DNA of 64,000 nt from Amphiscolops sp. MND2022. Taxonomy: Eukaryota. The number at the start of each line of letters is the position of its first letter. Within the stretch, counting starts at the first letter, position 1. Below the pieces are notes generated by a model, which was not told the DNA's origin, ran no database searches, and saw only the letters and a list, made by a program, of their open reading frames with translations. The position numbers and the translations under genes were made by a program. Shown one piece after another: positions 13,901-25,900 of this stretch. The DNA is taken from positions 64,358,001 through 64,422,000 of the forward strand of contig OZ076409.1 of the NCBI GenBank assembly GCA_964187785.1, written 5' to 3'.

Positions 13901-16900
13901 CCACAGTTTCTGCATTTCTCCGTTTTGGCCTTACACAATGCCAGATGAAATTGTGAAAAGTCCAATTCCACAACGGTTACATGGGTTTCTTGTTTGTCCT
14001 CTTTCCACTGCCAATACTGGTTCTTTGATCTCGCTGCCTCCCACGAATTTTTTCTGCTGGCTAATGCTTTTTTCAAACGCGATTGCAAACAGCAGCGCTT
14101 CTTGTGGTTGGGCTTTTGGATCTGTACAAAGACGTTCTTTTTCTGGCTTGTTTAGCATGTTCTGGATAAACGCGTCCATGCTGAGTCCTTCTGTTTGCTC
14201 TCCAAACTCGCATTTTGCAGTCAATCCAGTCCTGTGAGTTTGTTCCAAATCCGCCTCAATGATTCATGATTCTGCTTTGTTTGAGCAAAAAGTTTTTAAC
14301 GCTCCAATGTTCTATTCCGTGGCTTGTAAAATGATTCATCACAATTTTCCTTGACTTCTGCTAACGTCGCTGTGAATACTGTCTTGTATGAGAATTTGTC
14401 TGTCAAGTTCTTTCCGCCGGCCATTATCAGTGATAGGAACAGTATGTTGACAACTTTCCGCTCTGCGGCCTGTTCATTTAATTAGTTCAGAAGTGCTGCC
14501 TGTCGCGGGTTGTTTTCTGTAGGCGTTCTGAGTAACTCCGGTACTGATATTGCATGTTTGACATTTGCTGCCGTTACGAAAATTCCCGCCACTTTTCCTA
14601 TTCTGCCTTTGCTGGTACTTCCGCGCAATCCCAATAAGCTGGCAGTCCCACCAGAGCTGACGAACTGCTTGTAGTTTGCTTCCCGCTGGCTTCAAAGGAA
14701 TTGTCTCGCAGCGCCATGTTATAGCTCTGCTGATGAAGAGTTGACAAAACTAATCGAGCTGATATCACTGTATTTCATTTGTACCATATGGCAAATGGTC
14801 ACTCTCACTTTCTGGATTGATACACCTTTTGTTTGCAAGCAACATTACAAAAAAGTGTTCAACAACCTGTTTTTTTGACAAAGTCTAGATTAGAAAGTGT
14901 TGGAGAGTGCACTCTCTCACACAGAATATGGTCAGAACGGAAGCAAAAGTTTTTTTGGTCCCCAAAGTTATCAGTGTGGAGGCATGAAATTACAGCGAAT
15001 ACCTTGACTTGCAAATTTTACAATTTAAAAAAAAGAAACATCACTTTTTGAAGGAAGAAACAGCGATCAAGCAACCTCTGATCGTAATCGTAATGAAAGT
15101 TCAATTGGCATCTAGAGCGATTTTGACGCTTCTATCTTTCTCGGCAGTGATCACCAATGGTTGGATAAACATCTCATCCGTAATTTTGTCGATTTTTCTA
15201 AGGTGGCCATCCTCGAGTAGATTTTTGCATCAACTGCTTGGTGAAGCTGCAGGGGAACACGTCTCCTGTTCTGTTGTGTAAATTTCGCCCTTATCTGAAT
15301 TTAATATTGATATTGTGTCCGACAATCCTGCCTTTCCTGTTTAAACACGTTAGGGAAATTTTTCTGTTTTTGTTTTTATTCAGGAACCATTTCGTTTTTT
15401 ACAATGTTAGTTATTTTGGTTTTGTACTCAATTTCATTTTGAGCTTCTGTTAGTCTGTTAGACGATAGTTGAGTTTTGTTAGCCAGTCTCGACCAACTAG
15501 TAACTTCTTCCCATCTCTTGATAACACAATTCTTCCACAACGCATCTTTTGTTTGCCCAATTCCTCGTCTACTGTAATATATCCGACCAGGTTGAGTGGG
15601 CGTTCATTGTAGTCCACGTACTCTTCATTTTTGAGGAACAGTCTCGCGAATTTCAAGTCTGCACTCAAGAGTTGGCACAGATCTTCTTCAGTGAATATTG
15701 TTATGGGGCATCTCTTGAATCGATCATCGTTGAGAACTGCTGCTCGTTTGTTTTTCACTTCAGTACGAACGCCTTCACACCTACCCCATTCACATGTAGC
15801 AGAATGTTGTCATCGTCCCATTCTGAGCTTCCTCTTGATTGGTCGGCCTGTTGTTCAATCAAATTGACTCTTCTCATATTGCTTCTGTTAGTAGTTCTGC
15901 CAACCCCACGCGAGTTGGCAACTCTCGGCCGCTTACACATTCGTGCGAAATGTCCGGTAACTCCACAGTTTCTGCATTTCTCCGTTTTGGCCTTACACAA
16001 TGCCAGATGAAATTGTGAAAAGTCCAATTCCACAACGGTTACATGGGTTTCTTGTTTGTCCTCTTTCCACTGCCAATACTGGTTCTTTGATCTCGCTGCC
16101 TCCCACGAATTTTTTCTGCTGGCTAATGCTTTTTTCAAACGCGATTGCAAACCGCAGCGCTTCTTGTGGTTGGGCTTTTGGATCTGTACAAAGACGTTCT
16201 TTTACTGGCTTGTTTAGCATGTTCTGGATAAACGCGTCCATGCTGAGTCCTTCTGTTTGCTCTCCAAACTCGCATTTTGCAGTCAATCCAGTCTTGTGAG
16301 TTTGTTCCAAATCCGCCTCAATGATTCATGATTCTGCTTTGTTTGAGCAAAAAGTTTTTAACGCTCCAATGTTCTATTCCGTGGCTTGTAAAATGATTGA
16401 TCACAATTTTCCTTGACTTCTGCTAACGTCGCTGTGAATACTGTCTTGTATGAGAATTTGTCTGTCAAGTTCTTTCCGCCGGCCATTATCAGTGATAGGA
16501 ACAGTATGTTGACAACTTTCCGCTCTGCGGCCTGTTCATTTAATTAGTTCAGAAGTGCTGCCTGTCGCGGGTTGTTTTCTGTAGGCGTTCTGGGTAATTC
16601 CGGTACTGATAATGTATGTTTGACATTTACTGCCGTTACTAAAATTCCCGCCACTTTTCCTATTCTGCTTTCGGTGGCACTTCCGCGCAATCCCAATAAG
16701 CTGGCACTCCCGCCAGAGCTAACGAACTGCTTGTAGTTTGCTTCCCGCTGGCTTCAAAGGAATTGTCTCGCAGCGCCATGTTATAGCTATGCTGATGAAG
16801 AGTTGACAAAACTAATCGAGCTGATAACACTGTATTTCATTTGTACCATATGGCAAATGGTCACTCTCACTTTCTGGATTGATACACCTTTTGTTTGCAA

Positions 16901-19900
16901 GCAGCATTACAATAAAGTGTTCAACAGCCTGTTTTTTTTGACAAAGTCTAGATTAGCAAGTGTTGGAGAGTGCACTCTCTCACACAGAATATGGTCAAAA
17001 CGGAAGCAAAAGTTTTTATGGTCCCCAAAGTTATCAGTGTGGAGGCATGAAAACACAGCGAATACCTTGACCTGCTAATTTCACAATTTAAAAAAAAAAG
17101 AAACAACACTTTATGAAGGAAGAAACAACGATCAAGCAACCTCTGATCGTAATCGTCAATGAAAGTTCAATTATAACTCCGTAGCGAGAATGATTACAAA
17201 ACTGGTATTTTTGTGACGAAACCGCGGGCACTATATAAAAGTGTATTTGATGCAGTTTTTCTTTTCAAAGAAGATTTGACTAATCTTCTTCGAAATGAAA
17301 AACTATCAAATAAACTGTATCAGTGTGTTCCATTTGAGATCAATTACAGATAAATAAGCTAAGTATGCCAAAACAGGTAATCGTAAATGAGTTTCCCGTT
17401 TTGTGGTGAAAACACTCGAAAACTCCATCATTGTCTGAGATGTGAGATGACTACGATATGTTAACTTGCTGATTGGAGAACCAGATGGATCATAGACAGA
17501 ACCAAAAGTATCTTTCACAGAACCATAGATATCTTTCACCTTGTAAGCATAGAATGTGTCCCCAGCCTATGATTATCTTGTTTACCGTACACATATTTGA
17601 TTTTTTAAAATGGTTTTCCTAGAATCATACTGTGTTCGTTTTGATCAGCCAGTTTTTGTATGAGAGGGACACTCGGTTTGTTTTTCTCATGTGATTGAGT
17701 TTGTAAAAGTAGACGGATTAAGGTCAACAGAAACCAACTTGTTTGTGTCCGTGTCCTTTTGTAATCTTAACCGTTGCTATCATTAGATAGTTTATTAAGA
17801 CACATTTTCTCCCGCTTTTTTCAGTTTTTCTTGAATTTTTAAAAGTATTTTCTTTCAAAAATCATGGTCGGGGAAAATTAACGCTCGTAAAGCAAGCTCG
17901 AAATCAGGGATCTAAAACTAACACCAGAACTTTTCTTCAAACATAGATGTTTTTCTTCTAGAATATCAAAGAGCAACAGTTGTACCCGTGTATTCAGAAA
18001 TGAAGGAAAGCAAGAGGCAATCGGCTATACCCATGGACAAGTATTGAGAAAATCGACTCACCATTGCCTTTCGGGATGATTGCAACCTTTGACACTCTGG
18101 AAGTTTGGGTGAGCATCAATTCAATCCAACCTTTATTGCTGCTTTGAGAAACGAAACAGACATTGTCGCTAACTTTGCGACTCAAGGATCCGTCGAAAAC
18201 GTTTTCGCATTGTCGGGTTTCGTCTTTCACTTTAATTGCTTCGCATGACTGGAACTTCAACGCTTTACCAGCATCAACTACAAACAAGAAAAGGTTTCGA
18301 TGACGTCAAATGAGACAAATAATGACTTTCTTAGATGAAGAAAGAGTTTGTTGAAATTATTCATTTCAGTACTCACCTGTGAATTCGGGACAAACTGGTT
18401 CTGAAAAAGTGTTCAATTGAAACATAATGGAACAAAAGACGAAATTCTTGTGCGAAAAAGTTGAAACATTTTCAGGAAATTTGTCTCTTACTTGGAGTTG
18501 TTGTTGATGACGTTGTTGTTGTTGTTGATGTTGATTTTGTGGTCGTTGTCGTGGTGGTGGTTGTAGTTGTTGTTTTTGGAGCTAAAATTGTTCATAATTT
18601 AATCAAGCCTTTCCAACTGAAACCTACAACCAATGATCAAACTTCACATTTCAAACTTGCTTTGATGGTCAAGTGAGGAATTACAAGTGAGGAAAGTCAT
18701 ATATGCCTACTATATACAGTTGTATAAAAAGGAGTGGATTTTCACTCTAAAACGATTACGTATTGACTGCTTTGAAAATCCCGTCGTAATGTAACCGTTT
18801 GAGTTAATCATAAGTTAATTAATCTGCGGAAAGGTGAATCCAGAAGAAATCAGCGAACCAGAAGCTCACAAAAGATTTCACACGAGTTTTGATCATAGCA
18901 AAGCATGGATGAATCATTCTATTGGCATGGATCATTCTAGCAAGCATGGATGTCTATTGAACCAAAGTTTTGTATACAGAAATCTATTATAAGTAATGAA
19001 AATTCCTGAACAAGATAAGCTGGTAATTCAAACCTCTTCCACTTACCTGTTTGAGTGCGTCTTACCTTTGACGCCAAAAACTTGGACTTCACAGAATGCC
19101 AAAGGATTGCGATTTTGAACAATTTTGATTTCGTTGCCCGTGATGAGATTCTCACATGTGAAATAGACCCATTCGCCCTTCTGGGCCCCTTCCGCGTGTG
19201 TGTCACATTGACTGCAACTTCCACCTTTCTCGCAAATTTTTACAACAACACCCTTGATCTCATTCTCACCTGTTGAAAAAAAGCATTTCCCAGCTATGAT
19301 TTTGTGAGAAGACGGTATACTTGATTGGATATTATTCAACTAAAAAATGACACATTTGATTAAAGCTAACCATAGCTCAGCAGCTTAACTCTGGATACTT
19401 TGGACCTCGGAATATCGAGGAACGCTATCTGGCCAGAAGTTCCACTAGAGCAGTAACAGGTGCTTGGGGTCTCCTGGGCTCCTTCGATTGAATACCCGTT
19501 CTCTAATTTCAAGTCGCTACTTTTGGGCTTCGACGAAGATCCACCAGTTATATAAATTTGCCCTGAACAAAAAGTTTCACATGATGTCCTCCACAGATGT
19601 TTCAAAGACAAAATCGAATATCAGCTCAGTATATTTGTCGAAACTTTGCCTGCTCAATTTCAACATTTCTCAACCGAACGAAGCGTGAATTATTTTTTCT
19701 CAATTTCGAAAAAAAACTCATCCTTTTTTGTTCGATTAGTTTTCTAAATGCTCCATCTTCCAATCCGGGTTAACCCTCCATGCAAGTCGTAGAGCGACTG
19801 TAGTACAATCATGTCCCCATCACGCCCAAATTTCAGTCAAGATTAAGCTAGGATTAGTACTACGATAAGCGTGACGTCGTTGTGAAATCTTAGTTCGGAA

Positions 19901-22900
19901 CAAAACTTGAACTTAATTCTAGAGCGGAACGTACCCTGGTGCTAAGCGCGCTCATTGGTTTCAATTTTCACTGATAACTTTCCAGAATAGCAACTTACCA
20001 ATGACGTCATTGCCTGATTTCTGTTCTCCCCGAACTTCGATCTCGCAGAAACTGAGATGATTGGCGCTGTTTTGTTTTATGAAGATTTGGTTCCCTTCTA
20101 CACTTTGGGCGCAGTGGTAAATAACCCATTCGCCTTGTGTCACATCGTTTGATTGACCTTCGCAAGATTGGCAAGACTTCCCGTTTGTACAAATGCTCAC
20201 TGCCACATCGGTCATGTCAGGTGAACCTGGTAAATGGAACATGAATTCATTGGAAAAGCTGACTGGAAGCTGAAATATCTAGAACAATGGCCTTTTTTGT
20301 GATTCAAGATGCAGAGGTATCAACCCCGATGCTCTTAACTACTCAAATACTTTTAAAAACGTACAGAAACCGATTGTTGTCGTGAAGCATGGCGTTTATT
20401 CGAGTTTTATTCGGTTTATAAATCTTTGCGAATATGCCCCGAACCGATAAAAACCGAATGTGCCCCAAAATATTGGATAAACAGTCCTCACGAGAGCGAA
20501 TGAAATAGAAATTAAATTACATTCATTCATCATGATTTATTTTTTCACAGCGGAACAGATAGTGTAACGAGTGATATAGGGGAAGGGGGCATAGTGAAAG
20601 AGATCCCTGCCTCCTTCCAAGACGCTTTGCTTCCCTATACATCTACGTTCGTTAAAAACAAGCGCTAAATCAGCCGTGGCACATCGCTCTGCTCCGCTCC
20701 ATTCGCTCCGCTCGGCTCCATTGATCAATTGATCAAATATACGCAATGATGAGCTTTAGCCAATCAGATTGATTTCCATTTAAAGAAAATGAAAACTTGT
20801 GTTTAGTGAAGAAAACCAAGTTTTATTTTATTTGCTCTTATGGTGTTTGAGAATCCATCCGAAACACTTTGCTTCTACGCAAAAAACTTCTGCTGGCATT
20901 AATTTTGTGTTGTTGATGAGATCTTCGTTCTGATGTGAGCCTCTAACCTGTGTATGTTGTCTCGTATTGGCAGTTGTCGTACACCCATTGGTAAAATCTG
21001 TAAGCACAAACCCGTGTTTCCGTCGGTTCGCCAGCTGAAAAATTTAGAAATGCATGAAATAAACCAGAAATATACCAGACTAGATTTAAATCGATGCATA
21101 AAACCGCACCTGGGCAATATTATCCTTCAACAATTCTGTGATTAGCGTTTAATTTTTTTAAACGTTCGAATGTTTGAATGTGTATCCTCGTTCCTCGGAG
21201 CGCTTCCCTAACAGTCAATGTTCTAGAATTTCCCCCTGAACCGATTTTAATATTCATTAAATCTTCGTTTGAAATTGTGAAATTGAGCAATTATTTTTTT
21301 TCAATCATTCTGCTGCTACCCCCAAAATTCAACGGAAATCTCAAGTGAGCACGGTCCCTGGCTTACTCACCGGATGCCATAAGTTTGACTTGGCGAACTT
21401 CAGAATGAGGAATGTCGAGCATTGCATGAGGGTATTCAGTTGAACTTGACTCGTAGCAGGTGTTTGGAGTTTGACTTTCTCCTTCTTTCGTGTACCCTGC
21501 CCTCAATCTCTTGTCGTTTCCAGACGCAGGCGAGGCTATTCCGTCATATATAAAGATGCCTTGGCCTGGAAGCAATGATAATAGAGTTCTCAATGCGCTC
21601 ATAATTGGCATAATTGGGAATAATCAAAGCTTTCGGAATTGTTTTTGTTCTGAGCACGTAAAAACATACAGGTATTGATAGTTAATTTCAATTTAAGAAT
21701 CGTATCTCATGTATCGAGAAAGTTGGTCATATTTTGGCAGGCACTGGATATCTGTGACGGGTATTCAAAACGAATTATACAACTAAAACAACACAGAAAC
21801 AAATTCAAGTAATCTAGTTGCAACAAGTTCATAATCGATCAAAAGCATAGCGAAAATTCTGTTTTCCGGTCAATTCAAATTCCTCAAGCCAATATTTGTC
21901 AACCAAGTCGATAATCTTGTAATATCAGTTGAGGATCAAAGCAAAGAACTTCAAAACCCCAACGGTACCAGAGAACGTTGCTATTTTTAGGGCATCAGCC
22001 TTCATTCCACTTTTTTGACAATGTTTAATCTAATTTTTGTCCTGGATCTAAGTGCAAGTACTGTGCAATGTGAAATTGTTCATCTAGAATAGGGGAAATT
22101 AGCAAAATAGATACCGTATTGAGCATCTTCATCGCAAGCTATGTCAATTTCACAGAAGGCCAGGTTGTTGCTATCGTGGACCACCTTTATTTGGTTGCCC
22201 TTGATTGCGGTGCCACAGACGAAATATGCATACCCATCTTCCTCCACTTGGTTTGCGGGAGAACCACATTGGCTACATTTGCCTCCATTGGTGCACACTT
22301 GAACGACTGTTCCAATCATCTCGTTATCTGACATAAAATTATTCTCATTCACAAGTGCTAAACCGCAATGCATCTGTTCATTATTTCAGGAGCTCATACG
22401 CCCAAACATTGGCATTGAGCACGGAATTAGGTAAAACGCAAGATTCATATTGCACAAAGTATCCAAAAGCATCAATTCGCAATTCCTCTCAATAAACCCT
22501 GGAAAACATGTTAAATTATGTATTGCACTGCGAACCAAAGCTGAAAAATTATCACTGGTTATAATCAGTTAATTTAGTAGTTAAGAAAAGTTGAGTGTTT
22601 TCGACAAATCGAAAATTGTCGATCTACTTACCGATGACTAACTCTTAGGGCTCAAGAATATTATATTCACTGCGAACTGGCGGAAAAGATGCCAAAATTG
22701 AAAAGTTTGACCATTTTGTTCATTTCATCCTTTTTTTCCAACGAAAACAATGAATGCTTTCTCTAAACAAGAATATGCTTAGAACGATTGTTTTGATATT
22801 TAACTCCACGGAAACTCGTAACAACTACAGCGTCCAGAAATTGTAAACCAATTGCATAAAATTGTCGAAAAATTCAAAAAAAGAAAAAATTCATTTTCGT

Positions 22901-25900
22901 CATATCGGCGGGATGATTTTCAAACATTAAGTTTCTTTGGGCATCTTTCGGATGCTAAATCCCATCAAGAAGCTGTCAGAATCTGTTCGCAGCCAAGTGA
23001 TAAAATTTTTACCGACTTCAAGCTTGGCTCTCAATGTGATTTGCGGAATGTTATACAGGTCTGAGTTCTCACAATTGCTCTTTATATTTTGCGTTTTCTG
23101 CAAAATGTGTTTTTGTCACAATGAAGGAATAAGTACGTGCTCAAACAACAAGAGTGGTGAAATGTGGATGTTTGAACTTGATATCGCAGAAATAGAAGCC
23201 GAATCACTACTTTCATGTTCACACAAAGTTGAGAAATTGCGGGATTATTTATTGCTTGCAAAAAAAAGAAAATTTTCTTACAAAATTTTGATGGGAAATA
23301 GTTGTTTATTCGTTCAATTCTGGAAAGATTTATGCTCACAAAAAATCCAGGAAAATGTACAAAAAGCAACAATATTTGCTTCAAGTTTCTTTACGATATA
23401 CACCCTGGTGAAAATTTTGGGGCAAAATGATTTCAGTTATGCAGCGTGATCTGTTTAATCTGTAAAAAGACCATTTATTATTTGTCAGTCAAGGCTGTCG
23501 GTCTATTCTTTGGTGTAACTGTCTCAACGAGTGTAATGGGAAACAGTGTAAACTAATCAAGGGGCGTAGTTAGCATAAAATGGAAGTTGGTCCGAAAAAA
23601 AAACAACTTTCCGTATTCCAGACAAACTTTGATTATTTTCAAAGGATAGCGATCCCCAATTTGCAATAAGTGGAATTTTGTCAAAGCCTGACTAACTTAC
23701 ACGAGTTTATTCATTGAACATTCAACGTTCAATTCAATTCCAATTCAATCCATCACATCCTAGAACAGTCACGTTAAACAAGGATTCATTGAATAATTAG
23801 TCAATATTACGTTATTAGACGACTGCATTGCCCACGTGTATATTATCCATGCATCATACGTGCAATGTGTGCTAGGTATGCAACAAAAGGTTTGGATGAT
23901 CATACCCAAAACATTCGTGTTGTACAAAACATGCTTAACACGTTTGAGACTTGAAAAAAAAACATCCTAGATTTTCATCAGATGTTCCGACAAAGTTTCA
24001 AACACCAAGAGTCCTGAGTCCTATATTTCTTCTAAAAAGTGTGTTATGATGCTGTTTGTTTCACCGATGAATTCTGTAGAAATTCTAGCCTTTCGAATAC
24101 TTCAAAACATATACAAGAAGCACAAAAACTTTTCGGAAAGTAAAACAAGCCGAGAACGGCCAATGTCGGCGCAATATCTAAGGCTCAAAAAGTGCAAAAT
24201 TTTCAAAATATGCTCATGACGTTTTTTTTATAAAAAACTCACAAAAAAATTCACCCAAAAGAAGCCTTCCGTGCTGGGAAAACGCTTCAGAAGTTCGGAT
24301 ATAGCGGCTGGGACAAATGCGAGCACTTGATTTTGAACCTCCGCCTCCTCCTCAGTAAAACGGAATATACTTCGGAAATAACGTCAAAAATTCGGATAAA
24401 GCGGTTTACTCCGGATATTACGGTCAAATTTCGGATAGTATTTAAAAAAGTATTGGTGGATATGTATTGAGAAAACCTAATAACCGATGAAAAATGACAA
24501 TTTTGAACAGTCTCATAGTGCCGAAAAATCTGAAAGGGGGGACGCTTTGGGAATTTCAAACATCTATTATGTTCTAAAATATCAAAAACATTGAAGGGGG
24601 ACCCTTTGGTACAATCAAAAAGTTTTCGAAAAAGTCTCATAGTGCCGAAAAAAATCCAAGTTAAAATCACCCAGATAGCTAACGTGGGGATCCTTATTTG
24701 TTTTCGAGTTTCTGGACGTCGGTTTTATAATTTAGATGAGATTCTGGGGTTTGCGGTATGATTTGGTCAAGTTGAACAAATGAACAAAAAAGTGGACCTT
24801 ACGCGAGTAAAAAAAACTACCCACTGTAAGTGTCGAGCACGTTTTCTACTAAAAAGCGCCCACTAAAAACAGACTTTTGGGGGTCGTTTCGGAAACACCT
24901 CTTTCATATGAATGCCATGTTGTTGGTACGAACTTTTTCTATAGTACTTGAATTGTGCGTAGAAGGACGACCCTCTATCATTTGGATGAATTTTACCCCT
25001 GTGGAGCACAGTATCATAGTATTATATCTGCTTTTAACTTTCATGTTGAATAATAGCAGTCTATCTGGAATAACTATACACTTCTCTTTGATCATTATAT
25101 AGCGCACAAAACATCACAGTACCTGTTTACACCGCCTTTTATTCTTCTCGCACTAAAGGAAATATAACTACTGAGCGCATACGAGTTTCGCATTCGCATT
25201 TGAGGCGAAGCTCTCGGCGAACAAATAATTAACACTCATTCGCCTCATCCTGATGAATTCGGCGTACGGATGAATAATTAACACTCGCTCTCTTCATCGC
25301 ACAAGAATTGAATAAGCTAACTATCGTGGGCCTCTAGAAACATTTAAATCTCACACTTGTACTCACTGCCGAACAAATTATCTAAATCTTTTTCAGTACG
25401 CACTTAACTAACATACTCGACTGAAAACAAACAAAACTTCTCCTTCAGGTTTCTGTATTATTCTTGCTATCGCTGAAATAATAAAATTTGAACATGGCAA
25501 AATAAATAAAAAACGCGGCTCAGGTAATAATTTTCATTTTCCATATGAATGATTAATGGGCGAAAATCATTCAAGATCTCTGTTTTCGTTAATAATATAA
25601 TTATTACAAAATGCAGACATGCTTTTAATGAACCGAGTTGTTCAGTTTTGACTTTAAATAACACCAATCCTTAAACTGTTGTAATTTTGAGAGTCACATC
25701 TGCCCGGTAGAAACAATATCTTGGCCTTGTTTTCTTTTTGAATCACACTAGTTGTGCCAAATCAAGAGACGGAATGAATTCTTAATGAGCATACTTAGGA
25801 CATACCAATGGTGGTTGTTTCGTAGTGACAGTATTTGTAATCATAATCATAAGAACACACAAGTGTTTGTTCCGTTTTCGATTCACCAGCTAAAACAATT

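Larger units (their letters stand above)
8087..16975 (-). mobile_element. Degenerate Ty3/Gypsy LTR retrotransposon with triplicated LTR-gag-protease segment
   Basis: LTR-homologous blocks at 8087-~8275, 12655-12850, 14717-14912, 16779-16975; PBS TGGCGCTGCGAG next to the latter three; gag CCHC knuckle CRNCGVTGHFARMC; LLVGRDWL protease tail; RT motifs FTSLDMLYAYGQ and FTFTDDIL (10277-10943); frameshifts and stops. Confidence 0.88.

Noticed and set aside
17470..17540. 21-bp triplet repeat encoding VKDIYGS-VKDTFGS-VYDPSGS on the minus strand
   Set aside because: Phase does not fit gene A and there is no good donor; likely a local minisatellite.
18461..18676. Plus-strand poly-Val ORF resembling a transmembrane protein
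   Set aside because: Antisense shadow of the poly-Thr exon, which has proper splice sites on the minus strand.
19041..19050. Alternative consensus donor (ACAG|gtaagt) 19 nt downstream of the exon 10 donor
   Set aside because: Gives phase 2, out of frame with the next exon; not used in the model.
22937..23449. 170-aa plus-strand ORF
   Set aside because: No motif, composition typical of chance AT-rich ORFs, and lies antisense within an intron.
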